IMG/VR virus record: IMGVR_UViG_3300027844_001828
Span: 171,625-235,624 of that record
DNA length: 64,000 bases
Strand: one strand, 5' to 3'
The notes below the pieces were generated by a model. That model searched no databases, was not told where the DNA came from, and was given only the letters and a program-made list of their open reading frames with translations. Positions 31,962 through 42,484 of this stretch are shown here, piece after piece (the first letter of the stretch is position 1; each line of letters begins with the position of its first letter). Both the position numbers and the translations under genes were made by a program.

Positions 31962-32715
31962 CACTGAATGTTGCGCACATAGGCGAAGTAGCACTGAATG
32001 CGTATACGATACACACGCACACACAGGTGATACTATCAAATGATCTATAGGAGGCCTTAAAATTGATATAATGACCTGTATATAACCCATTAAGTGACAT
32101 TATGGATCATATATGACGCATTATAGAGTCCTACTGAATGTTGTGCAGGCTCCTATGACATGCACTGAATGCCCACGCAAGGGCGCACGGAACATGCACT
32201 GAATGCCTGGATAGACATGCGCTCGAACATGCGCTCGAACATACGTGTGAGAGCGCATGTTACAAAAAAGCGTAACACTTGTTATAAAATAATGTAACTA
32301 TTATATGAATGGGTAAGGACTGGGGAAAAGTGTTATACAAAAGTATAAATAATAATTAATAGAATCACTTTTTCGAATTTCAGGAGCGCTGCTCAAAAAA
32401 ATTTCTCCTTTAATGATGTTGTGTAAAGATCGCAAAATCAAACACTTACAAAAATGACTAAAATATAATAACTGTAAGGATTAAAATAGGCCGTTTAAGG
32501 GGTTGCACTGGTCGCAATAGAGGTGTATATTGTGTACCATGATGGGCAACTATCGTCGTAGTAGAGGTTAATGTTAGTAAGAAGATGACGAGTTTTTTGA
32601 CATGCACTGAATGTTCGTATGTGCGCATGTGTGTTAGTAAGTATGCACGCCTGTTAATAATGTGACCTGTCGTTTAAAAATGATGACCTGTGATTTCTAA
32701 GAGGTTAGCCAACTT
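31962..32715. other. Long non-coding locus; candidate replication origin or genome terminus
   Basis: CACTGAATG at 31962, 31992, 32163, 32197, 32605 plus TACTGAATG at 32132; AT-rich core; strand composition flips here. Confidence 0.5.
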
Positions 32716-32784
32716 GTGAACTTTAAGTTTCGCTTACGAAACTCAAAGTTCATTTATCAATATATAGGTGTGATACATTTAAAT

Positions 32785-33399
32785 ATGATTGATCCTCAGA
32801 AGAAAAAATTATATGCCTGGGAAGAATATCTACATGATCATTTGGAAATTGTAGAAGAGAGCCTATCAATCGTAGAGTGCCGAAAAATCATTCGAGAGAT
32901 GTGCGAAGACTTTGCTATCATTCCCCCAAAAGTGATAATCGGGAAAAAAGAATATGCCATGGCATCTGGGGATGGGAAATTAATCGAGTTGCCAAAATGG
33001 TTTCTGGAAGAACTATCTAGTATTCATGAGGCATGTCATGTGATCGCCTTTAGCATAGCTCCACAAGAAAATCATCATGGCCCGACATTCGTGAGATTGA
33101 TGATAGATTTTATTAAAAAGAGATGGGCATCTGAGATAACATTAAAAAGACTTGAGGATTTAGCTCTTAAACATAATCTAAAAATTGCGAAGCTTGGGGT
33201 GGTCTCTCCGGTCACGAAACGAGAGAAACAGAGGCTAAGGCGGCTAAGAACAAATGTGAAGATAGCAGACGATATGTACAGGGTGAATCAAAGGGGATCA
33301 AAGCGGGCCATTAATTATAAAAAGAAACGGGACTCTTATAAAAAAGAATTATCTGATCTCGTCGGACTTCTTTATAAAAAGTACTGGTCAGTCTTATAA
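32785..33399 (+). CDS. Zincin-motif (SprT-like) protein
   Basis: IHEACHV...HHGPTF. Confidence 0.6.
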   Translation: MIDPQKKKLYAWEEYLHDHLEIVEESLSIVECRKIIREMCEDFAIIPPKVIIGKKEYAMASGDGKLIELPKWFLEELSSIHEACHVIAFSIAPQENHHGPTFVRLMIDFIKKRWASEITLKRLEDLALKHNLKIAKLGVVSPVTKREKQRLRRLRTNVKIADDMYRVNQRGSKRAINYKKKRDSYKKELSDLVGLLYKKYWSVL

Positions 33400-33481
33400 A
33401 AGTATTGGTAATTTCTGTAAACCCTTTTGGTCATTTTCATAAAAGTCTTTACGTATATGACCAAAAGTCTGGAGAGTTGTC

Positions 33482-33515
33482 GGTTCACTGTATAAAACAT
33501 TTTATACAGTGGACC
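33482..33515 (+). repeat. 34-bp 13-8-13 palindrome, copy 1
   Basis: GGTTCACTGTATA-AAACATTT-TATACAGTGGACC; degenerate copies at 33429-33462 and 33548-33581. Confidence 0.95.
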
Positions 33516-33816
33516 GAAACGAGGAAGCGCCTGGTGTACGAAAACGGACGATTTGGTAAAAACACTTTTATACAGTGGACCGGAGGGTTGGCCGTGGAGT
33601 TTTGGTAAGATCTGTAAAATATCCCTTAATAGGTATAAGAGAAAAGAATCTTTCACAGAGTGCTTGTAATGTGAATGTTGGTGGGATATAGTGTTTGCAT
33701 GATAACCAAAACGACAATCAATGGCGACATTGTTCAGATTGAAACAGCAACATAGCAAGGGTGAAGCAGTAGAGTGGCTTGAAAAAGAGAGTGTACTAAC
33801 TTACGGATGGTGAATT

Positions 33817-34059
33817 ATGGATATCAAATATGCCAAATCTGGAAATGTTACATTGACATCTGAGGCTTTCTCTTACCATCCTTTATGGTGGCATGAGAAA
33901 GGGTTACAGGAAACTGCATCTGGGTATGGATCTAAGCTGACTACACCGTACAAGGTGCGGCACAACAATAGATGGAAGAGAGTCTATGCGATTTGCTGGA
34001 GCAATGCGGCAAGCCATTACATCTTCAACAAGGGACAACGTGAATATATTCATGGGTGA
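33817..34059 (+). CDS. Conserved phage hypothetical protein
   Basis: ETASGYGSKLTTPYKV...RVYAICWSNA motif. Confidence 0.65.
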   Translation: MDIKYAKSGNVTLTSEAFSYHPLWWHEKGLQETASGYGSKLTTPYKVRHNNRWKRVYAICWSNAASHYIFNKGQREYIHG

Positions 34060-35001
34060 AATATGAAAATCTCTGAAATACCGAATCTGGACGATCATTC
34101 AATTGATCCAAATGATTACGATAAATTGATCGTAGAGTTTCTTGTAGCAGGACAGTGCCTTCTTAGGCTCTCTAACTACGCTCAAATAAAGGCTGAAAGC
34201 ATAAAGGAAAGAAAAGCAGGGAACATTGAAAAAGCTTTTCTTCTATCTCGTAATATGGAAAATACTTATAATGAATTGCCAGATTGGGCGAGGTGGTGAG
34301 ATGAAAGCAGTAACAGGAGAATTGTGGCAAAATAAATCACCTCTGTCAAGAGTGAATGACAATCTGGTAGAACGATGAATGGGATAGGGGTTCAGCCCCC
34401 CAAGAAAAGATCACACGACACATCACAACGGAGGGTTGAGAGATGACTATCGAACACCCAGAATATTTTTACTATGCAGAGCTGGAAGGCGACTTCTTTC
34501 ATTCGTTTGATTATTATACGGATTTGGTTATCAACATCCACTGCACCTCAATTGAAATCCGTAAAACCTCGATGAAAAGGTACACTTGGCCTTGGCGGAT
34601 GCTCAGGGAGACGCATTGGGAGGCGGTGGAAGACGCCGAGAACCTCCTAAAGAATTATGCCGACGTCCTGTTCCGAAGCCAGCAGAAACCCCACCCTGCC
34701 ATCCCAGACGCAGATGCGGTGAACACCCACATCTTGAAAATGAGGGACGGGGTGTCGTTGCCGTCGCCGGAATACATGCGAGAGTGGATTGGTACTCAAA
34801 CCCTCTACCTGTATGCTGGACCTGGCCAAGTGCATGTGGAACCACTACCCCACGAACAAGGAGACGAGGAATGAGTGAATGACAAGACGATGTGCAGGTT
34901 GCGACTCTGAATCTATATAAGGGATTCTCCGAAGGTGGTCGTCATCGAATGGTTAGTTGATCATGCGACTGAGGTTCAATCCCTGTATCAGACTGCCAAT
35001 C

Positions 35002-35043
35002 TTTCTAATAACGACTTGAAAAGTCAACTTGAGGGGTTAGAGT
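35002..35043 (+). promoter_or_regulatory. Promoter-containing 42-bp direct repeat, copy 1
   Basis: TTTCTAATAACGACTTGAAAAGTCAACTTGAGGGGTTAGAGT; TTGAAA-N16-TAGAGT. Confidence 0.85.
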
Positions 35044-35108
35044 GTTATTATGTCAATAACATACAAAGAACTTGCAGCAACGATTTTGTCCTGGAATCAG
35101 GAATAACG

Positions 35109-36689
35109 ATGAAGATTAAAGTTGGTCACGAGTTCTTCCGCAAAGAGCGGTACTCCGCATACGCTGATTGGAAAACCGCATTCTGGCGGGAACTGGAACA
35201 AAATTCAGATGATGCCAAGTCAAGGCGCGTCGATATCAATATAGTTCCTGATGGGAATGGCTGTATTGTTGGATTCGATGACAACGGCTGTGGTATGAGT
35301 GAGGCTGTCATTCGGGATGTGTTTATGAGTCTTGGTGAGACTACGAAGTCGGGTGATTCTACGGGTGGGTTTGGTCGCGCTCGTATGCTGACTCACTTTT
35401 CAATGCCTAAGTATCAGATCAAATCGGGTTGTATTTATGTGAGCGGCAAGGGATCTGAGTATCAAATCAGGAAAAGTGATAGCTACGTTTTGGGGACGAA
35501 GCAGAAGATATGGATTGATGATGCTTCTATGTCAGACATGGAAATGGCTTTGCATGATTATCTTGGAAAGTGTAATCTTGCCCATGACATCTACGTCAAT
35601 GGTGTACGGTGGAACAAGTGGTTGTACAGGCGTAAGCTTATCAGGGATATGACATTTGGTTCAGTCTACGTGAACAAATCCTCAGACCTTAAAAACACAG
35701 TCGTGTTCAGGGTCAACGGGGTGATGATGTTCACTCGATATACATCGGCAAATGCGTTGGTGGTGATCGAAATCTATCCCAGTATTAGTCGTGATGTGCT
35801 TACTTCTAACCGTGATGGAATTCACTACAAGTATCAAAGCGAACTGGATATATTTCTTAACAAGTTGGCTATCGATACGACTTCGACTCTAAAGCGTAGA
35901 CGGACAAACAAGAGTACTCGCAGACAAGGACAAGGTTGTTTCATCTCCTGTGTAAAGCGGAAGGAATTGTCGGTGATGAAGCGGGATTCTGATCCATCCG
36001 ATTCCTACTCTGGTAACGGTGGCTACACTATGGATACTTCAAGTGATGAAGCCACGATAAAGTCCTTCACAGGTGTGGTTTTTGGTGGCACAAGTCAGGC
36101 AGATTCTGAGCCGATTGCAGCCTTGTACGGTGGTGATGGCTATTATGGATCTGAGTCTGAGTGTATCGCCAAACTCGTAGAATCTGATCCTACTGAGATC
36201 GATATGTATGATGTGGCGATACTTGATGAGTGTCAGGATATAGGACCGGTTAGTAAGGTGATCGAATCATACGATCCTACGAATTGGAGAGACAAGGCTG
36301 GCGGCACGAAAAAGAAGCTCCTGTCTCTGTGGCAGATTGCGGTCAAGCATTCTCTGGATATTCTTCAAGAGGAAAAACCCTCTGATGGTATTCCTTGGAT
36401 CGTTGGGTGGGTATTCGATGATAGTGAAGAGGCAGGGATGAAGGCTGCACACAAGATGTATGACGATACGCATGGGTTCCTTATCAATCCAGTAGGCTTG
36501 GATGGCAAGTTGCAATTCAAGTTGAATCCTGAGGGCAAGTCTTCATTGTTCGCAATCGCCCTACATGAGGTTACTCATGTTTATTGCGAGATGCACAATC
36601 AGGAGTTCTCGTCCCTTCATACTGCACTGACAATCAATGGGATGTCTCGGATCAAGGAAGTTCTCAGAGACATGAAGGAGAATTCATAA
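35109..36689 (+). CDS. GHKL (Hsp90/MORC-like) ATPase with C-terminal HExxH motif
   Basis: RELEQNSDDA, DDNGCGM, GGFGRA, GT; ALHEVTH...HNQEF. Start placed downstream of the promoter. Confidence 0.8.
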   Translation: MKIKVGHEFFRKERYSAYADWKTAFWRELEQNSDDAKSRRVDINIVPDGNGCIVGFDDNGCGMSEAVIRDVFMSLGETTKSGDSTGGFGRARMLTHFSMPKYQIKSGCIYVSGKGSEYQIRKSDSYVLGTKQKIWIDDASMSDMEMALHDYLGKCNLAHDIYVNGVRWNKWLYRRKLIRDMTFGSVYVNKSSDLKNTVVFRVNGVMMFTRYTSANALVVIEIYPSISRDVLTSNRDGIHYKYQSELDIFLNKLAIDTTSTLKRRRTNKSTRRQGQGCFISCVKRKELSVMKRDSDPSDSYSGNGGYTMDTSSDEATIKSFTGVVFGGTSQADSEPIAALYGGDGYYGSESECIAKLVESDPTEIDMYDVAILDECQDIGPVSKVIESYDPTNWRDKAGGTKKKLLSLWQIAVKHSLDILQEEKPSDGIPWIVGWVFDDSEEAGMKAAHKMYDDTHGFLINPVGLDGKLQFKLNPEGKSSLFAIALHEVTHVYCEMHNQEFSSLHTALTINGMSRIKEVLRDMKENS

Positions 36690-37048
36690 TGAGTTGGTAC
36701 ATAGTCGGTGAAGATGGAAAGTGTCAGGCAAAGGAGAATGATTTGCAGATCGCTTTGATGGTGGCTAAGGGAAAGGGATGTCCTTTCATTACGGATGACA
36801 TTAAGTCACCAAAGAAGCAGTGGATCAAGGTGGATGATGTGATTAGTTGCGGGGCATACATCGAAGATGCGGGAGGCGAAGTGAAAAGCGGCGGATTGGA
36901 GGTAGGTACGATGAGTAATTCAACGTTTGATCGATTAGTTCTTATTGGAGCTAAGAGAAAATGGAAAAGTGTTCCTTTGGTGATTACTTTGAGGATCATC
37001 CATAAATGCAGTGGGGGTCATCCACCTTGTGACGAGCAATGAGACTTA

Positions 37049-37090
37049 TTTCTAATAACGACTTGAAAAGTCAACTTGAGGGGTTAGAGT
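37049..37090 (+). promoter_or_regulatory. Promoter-containing 42-bp direct repeat, copy 2
   Basis: Identical to 35002-35043. Confidence 0.85.
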
Positions 37091-37764
37091 AATTGTTATG
37101 AGCGACACAGACCAAGAAGATCAGTACGAGCGTTCGATGAGTGAAGAGAAAGAAACAAAAGGATCAAGCATAACACAATTTGTTTTGATTTTTGTAGCGA
37201 TTATGTTCACCGTATGTATGAGGGTTTCACTCACAACCATAAGTGGACTTCGGGCGAAAGTTAGTGATCTTACGCAAGAAAACATTTCGCTTCGATATGA
37301 TGTTATAGAGCTTCAAGAGTTCTACGAATGCCCACCGGAGATACCATGAAATCAGTTGACAAATTAATTCGCGCTATTGATCGTGGCAAGCTTGTTGTCA
37401 CGGGCCACGATCTTATTTGTGCTGTGAACATTCACGAAGCCAGGATCGAAGTCAAGGTCTATCATGATTACGAGCATGTTCATTTCGATATCTGTTTCGA
37501 GCAACATGCTATTGACATCAACATCGAAGAGACGGATTTTGTTCTTCTCTATCAGACTTCGGCCCGGAATAATGGCCGGGTGTTAGGTCTCGAAGACTTA
37601 AATATTGTTTTGAAACTCGACTTGACAGAAGCGGCCATTGATGCTATAGTGTTTCATTACAAGTCAATCTTGTTACCCGCGACGGGTTTCACTGACGAAC
37701 AGTTAAGTGATATCGTCTCGGCATCTGAGTCACAACATTCGAATAGACAAGAGGTTACAGCCTA

Positions 37765-38553
37765 ATGCCACGGACTAATAAACCCGTCCCGAAGTTTTTA
37801 CTCACCTTGAAATCGTCAAACATCAAAACCGGGCCGATGGCTGTAAGCACTTCTCCAATGGGTACTTGCCCGGACGCCTGCCCTTTCAAGGGTAATGGTT
37901 GCTACGCTGCCTACGGCCCTGTAAAAATCTGGTGGGACGCCTGTACAGCCAATGGTGACGATCCGGTTGAGGCATACACTGAGTTCCTTAGCCGCGTTAC
38001 TGAAAACATTGACAACGATGCATTTTGGAGACATAATCAAGCTGGCGATTTATTTTCATTGAATGGTCGAACGATCAATCAAAAGGCGGCCCGTGCTTTG
38101 ATTGCTGCGAACGAGGGTAAGAAAGGTTATACTTACACTCACTACGGCGTGATCAAACAGCCTTTCACACAGAAGCGTGAGGCAGAGCGGAATCGTAAGA
38201 TTGTTGAAGAAATGAATGCGAGCGGGTTCGCTACGAATGTATCGGCTAACAGCATGGAGCATGCCGATAAGATCAAGGCGAGCGGTATCAAGGCTCCAAT
38301 CGTTACGTTGTTGCCGGAGCGGTACAAACATGACAAGAAAGCTTTCTTGACACCTGGGGGCAATAAGATCGTTGCTTGTCCCGCGATTACACATGACGAC
38401 ATTACTTGTGTGAAGTGTAAGCTTTGCATGCATCCTGAACGTGATATTATCGTGGGGTTTCCATCACATGGTAGTGGTAAACGCCGGGCTGAATCAGTGT
38501 ACACTGAATGGAGTCCGGACGAGATTAAAACAACAGCCAAGGGAAAAATCTAA
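37765..38553 (+). CDS. Cys-rich conserved phage protein (gp88/radical-SAM-like; putative Fe-S or Zn binding)
   Basis: SNIKTG, TCPDACPF...CYA, RHNQAGD, YTYTH, CPA, CVKCKLC, FPSHG. Confidence 0.6.
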   Translation: MPRTNKPVPKFLLTLKSSNIKTGPMAVSTSPMGTCPDACPFKGNGCYAAYGPVKIWWDACTANGDDPVEAYTEFLSRVTENIDNDAFWRHNQAGDLFSLNGRTINQKAARALIAANEGKKGYTYTHYGVIKQPFTQKREAERNRKIVEEMNASGFATNVSANSMEHADKIKASGIKAPIVTLLPERYKHDKKAFLTPGGNKIVACPAITHDDITCVKCKLCMHPERDIIVGFPSHGSGKRRAESVYTEWSPDEIKTTAKGKI

Positions 38554-38925
38554 TGGGAAAGGAACAGAAAGTTATTTTAGAGGGTTCGTATTTAACTATC
38601 TCACACTTGGCTTAGATCATGTCCTTATGAGATGAAACCTGGCGAGACCGATTGTTTCGCTCCTTCTGAGCTTCAAGAGTTTTATGATATCGTATCTAAA
38701 ACTGGGTTTTTTATTTTTCGCGGTTTGGATTTACTTATTTTTTGGTTTTTCAATAATTGTTGTAATCTCTCTTGTGTTATTTACTCTCATTAATGTTTTC
38801 TTTTTAATAGCCTTATTTAATAAGGCGGAATATTTTGATGATTGACTTGACAGGAATGCCCTCAGCGGTTACAGTATGGTTAACTGTAACTGTTAACATA
38901 ACCAACCAGGAGTTGTAAAGCCAAA

Positions 38926-39093
38926 ATGGCGAACAGATCAAAAATCATTAGTAAGTTCAATCAAAAGAACAAAACCCGTCGTGGATTTGACGATGGATAT
39001 TCCGCAAACCGTGAACCGACGAGGAAGAAGAAGCGCAGCAAGCGCATAAAGCCTCCGAAGGAAGACAGTTACGAGAGAAATGGTCGCGACTAA
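38926..39093 (+). CDS. Small basic protein (55 aa, below ORF-track cutoff)
   Basis: Upstream promoter TTGACA-N17-TACAGT and AGGAG; Lys/Arg-rich. Confidence 0.55.
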   Translation: MANRSKIISKFNQKNKTRRGFDDGYSANREPTRKKKRSKRIKPPKEDSYERNGRD

Positions 39094-39434
39094 TTTATAA
39101 CAACTCCTTGACAAAAACTCAACCCGTGCTATGTTGTAGGTATGAAGAACATCAAACAGGTACGGGTAACACTTGAAAAATGATAGTTGCCCTATCAAGA
39201 GAAAGTGTCTAAGGTGGATGGCAAAGCCAGGACTAAATGCAGACGGCGGGTTCGAAGAATGGCTGGCCGATATTTTCGCGAAAGAGGGTATTGATGTTCC
39301 CCATTCTGCCCTCGGAATGGTCAAAGAGCGCATCAAATACTTCGATAATCGGCCCAATCGTCAAAGATCTGAAGCGCCAGTTTAAGGGCTTAGATGTCAT
39401 CAAGGATTATTAATTTAACCAAACAGGAAAGAAG

Positions 39435-39758
39435 ATGAACAACGAAAGAATTGCGAGACAGCTGGTAAAGATTGCCGGTGAGTTAGTAGGAGCAAGTAGA
39501 GCCAAACCCAAGGACAAAAAAAGTCCTTTCGATAATGCAGTCGATAAATATGAAGACATGGTGAAGGACGGGTATAGCCACGCTGATGCTTTGAAACATA
39601 CCAAGAGTTCTTTCCCAGGATTGACAAAGACAGATGAGAAAGATATCTCGAAGGTCAAGAAGCTCTTTGGCGATCACCGACTTACAGCCGAGGGAATTTC
39701 GACAGGCAGAACGGCAGCCAAAATCATCACGGTTGGAAAGTACAAGTTCAAATGGTAA
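39435..39758 (+). CDS. IAxEL-leader family protein
   Basis: MNNERIARQLVKIAGELVGA. Confidence 0.7.
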   Translation: MNNERIARQLVKIAGELVGASRAKPKDKKSPFDNAVDKYEDMVKDGYSHADALKHTKSSFPGLTKTDEKDISKVKKLFGDHRLTAEGISTGRTAAKIITVGKYKFKW

Positions 39759-39950
39759 TGACATTAACTCCAGCGAAGGAAGAGGCATTATGCGAGTTGC
39801 TGTAGGAACAATTAGTCCCATGATCCTTTTCCATATGGCTTGTGTCAATTCAGAGTGAAACATGAGCATGCAACGTTCGTTGGCGAGACTCTCAAGTCTC
39901 TTGATGTTGAGGAATACGAAATTAAAACAATAACCATCGAGGATTGATCC

Positions 39951-40688
39951 ATGGAAAAGCTTTTTCAAGGTACGTTATCTGTCTGGAGTGGTTGCGTTTA
40001 TGCTCAGGCGAGGCCTTTTACTTATGAAGACTTCGAGTTTTTCGATCTTTCTGTTTCAGAGAAAGGGGGAACCAGCAAGTATGCGTCGGTGACAAAGGCC
40101 TTTCGATTGAAACAAGAGGTTCTCGACGAAGTCGTTTCAGAAAGTTGCCTCAGTATTGGCAAGGGCTTCTTCATGGAATGGGATAAGATAAAGAATCATT
40201 ATATTTATGTCACACAAGACATCAAGTATAATGGCTGTCGGACTTTGGCTTCGAAAGTTGCCAAGTATGATAAGGCCTGTGCGGAAGTTATTTATCGCTG
40301 GAATGAGATTGGCGACTCCTTGGTTGAGAAGCGCATCGAAGAAATCAATGAGGACTTTCAAAGGTTGTTGTCCCGGTCTCGTGAGGATTACCTTCAGCGG
40401 TACACTGAATTCCTCTCAAACTTGAGAGGGTACGAGCAATCAGAGTTGATCGAAGAGTCTGGCACAGCTTCTGATATTCTCATGCTTGATGAGATGGGAA
40501 AGGCGGTCATGGCCTTGGAGAGATCAATTAATTCTAGGAAGTACGCTTGTCTTTTAGAATCATTCGAGTTGCCTGATAAGGGCAGCTGGATCAACGAGCT
40601 TCCCACTGAATTGACTGAGCAGGTTATTTTGAACTTGAGAAAAAGTGTTGATAACTCAGTTCCGGAATTCCGAGGAGTTTTGACTTAA
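39951..40688 (+). CDS. Hypothetical protein
   Basis: 245-aa ORF with GGAGG SD. Confidence 0.65.
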   Translation: MEKLFQGTLSVWSGCVYAQARPFTYEDFEFFDLSVSEKGGTSKYASVTKAFRLKQEVLDEVVSESCLSIGKGFFMEWDKIKNHYIYVTQDIKYNGCRTLASKVAKYDKACAEVIYRWNEIGDSLVEKRIEEINEDFQRLLSRSREDYLQRYTEFLSNLRGYEQSELIEESGTASDILMLDEMGKAVMALERSINSRKYACLLESFELPDKGSWINELPTELTEQVILNLRKSVDNSVPEFRGVLT

Positions 40689-41460
40689 GGTGAAAGACCC
40701 CAGGAACATCAGCGAATTTACAAGTAATCGAAAACCCCCTCCTGAACCATCAAGCAAATCTGAAAAAGAATTGTATTGGGCTCAACAGATTGCCGAGATG
40801 TTCTCAGAGAAAGAACAGAAGGACAAGGCGGGTGAAGTCGTAGGTTACTGTATTGAAGAGGGTTACGACTTGCTCGATATATTTCGAGCGTTAGTGGTTC
40901 TTAACTCGGCCTATGAACGTGAGAAGTTAAAAGTATTAAACCTCCAAGAAAAAACTTAGAATGGAGTTGTAAAGATCTTCATTTAACGGTATAGTAATTG
41001 GTGTTAAGGGGCATATTGCCCAGAGGTGAAAAAGCGAACAAGGAGAAGGCTTATGAATATAACTGTGAGACAATTTGCTCAGATCAACAACATGTATCCA
41101 CCTAATTTGGCGGACATGGATTACAAGACCCGTAAGAAGGTAGAGGCCAAGGTGTATGCGAGAGCCTCGGCGGTTGTTAACTATCTCCTTACGATCAATG
41201 CAATCACTGATACTGGCAAGAAAGTGCAGGCACGTGGTGGTATTGGGCGAAGTTCGGTCGTGTACAGCGTACCAGCCGGTGCGATTCATTTGACCTTGGT
41301 TGCAGAAGGCACCGATGTTCCTGAGGATACCCCTTATCCTGAGAAGCCTAAGGCAGAAGAGACCACACCAGAGGTAGATACAAACATGACTACCACTGAG
41401 AATGAAGAATCAACGGAGCCTGTGGAAGCGTCAGCGTAGATCCTGAGAAGTTGTAAGATG

Positions 41461-41496
41461 GTGCTCGTCGGGGAACCCGGCGGGCACTTTCTTTTT
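41461..41496 (+). terminator. Intrinsic terminator
   Basis: GTGCTCGTCGGG-GAA-CCCGGCGGGCAC followed by a T-tract. Confidence 0.8.
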
Positions 41497-42450
41497 ATTA
41501 GGGCTTGCATCCACTGAATGTGGGGGTATCGTATGTGTATGAACACCCACACACCCCCGGAGACATATTAAGATGGACCCTCAAAGCTACAATACCTTTC
41601 GCACCATGTTCCAACGTGGTGAGATCACTGGTGAGATCACCCAGTTCGGTGCGGATGAGGTGAAGGGTGATACCAACTTTGGTCATGCACAAACACTTAC
41701 GCCAGAACAGTATCTGGGTCTTGTTACCGACCCTCTCCAAGAAGTAGCTGCACTTTTGAGTTCTCGCTTCGGTCTTGGTCTTGTTGACATCGACGAAGAG
41801 ATGGCGATTCGTAATTTAGTGGAAGGCTCTACGCCAGAAGCTATTGTGAATGATATAGAGACTAAACAAGACCTTGATCGTAATGATCAAGGCCCCTACG
41901 GATTGGGGTTACAGGGTTGGATTTGAACAGGTCTTAAACACTTCTGTGTCGTATAATATACATATATCTACAGGAGATGACATGTTAAAGATACTACAAA
42001 CAGAATTAGATAGAACATCAATAATTAAACAACTATCATCGGAGTAGATTGTGACTCATATGGAATTAGTAGGATGGTATGCAATAGGCTTTTTTGTAGT
42101 ATATGTATTGTTTTATGTATTAGAAATCATAGAAATTTCATGAGAAGAAGATGATGAGTTTCCAGGAGGCGCAAGCATGTCACTTAAAGCATTGCTTGTT
42201 CTTCGTTAGAAAGATAGGTTCTGATGAGTCTGAGCCGTTAGAAACGGCAAAGCTTTTGAAAGACAAGACTCACGTATTTTTTCAGGCTTAGCTTATTCTA
42301 AGCGCATTGAAGCCGGTCACATATTAGTCCCTGCCCATCCTCCGTCCTCATCAACGAGGCGACCGCCAAGTATACACCCGCGAAGAGTTCGATGCTGAAT
42401 ATGAGTGGGTGGGCTGCTCCTACCCGCCACAATCGAGCGGGTCCTAACTT

Positions 42451-42484
42451 GGTTCACTGTATAAAAACTTTTATACAGTGGACC
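42451..42484 (+). repeat. 34-bp palindrome, copy 2
   Basis: GGTTCACTGTATA-AAAACTTT-TATACAGTGGACC. Confidence 0.95.

Noticed and set aside
33482-33515. Palindrome as an E. coli-type LexA SOS box
   Set aside because: CTGT and ACAG are separated by 14 bp rather than 8, and conservation extends well beyond the box.
34935-35108. N-terminal extension of the GHKL ORF given in the ORF track
   Set aside because: It spans the duplicated promoter; ATG 35109 is the more plausible start.
5250-39420. A distinct late-promoter consensus upstream of putative virion genes (5297, 12509, 12880, 39435)
   Set aside because: Only AT-rich, loosely similar GGxTAT...TAAT stretches; no consensus I can defend by eye.
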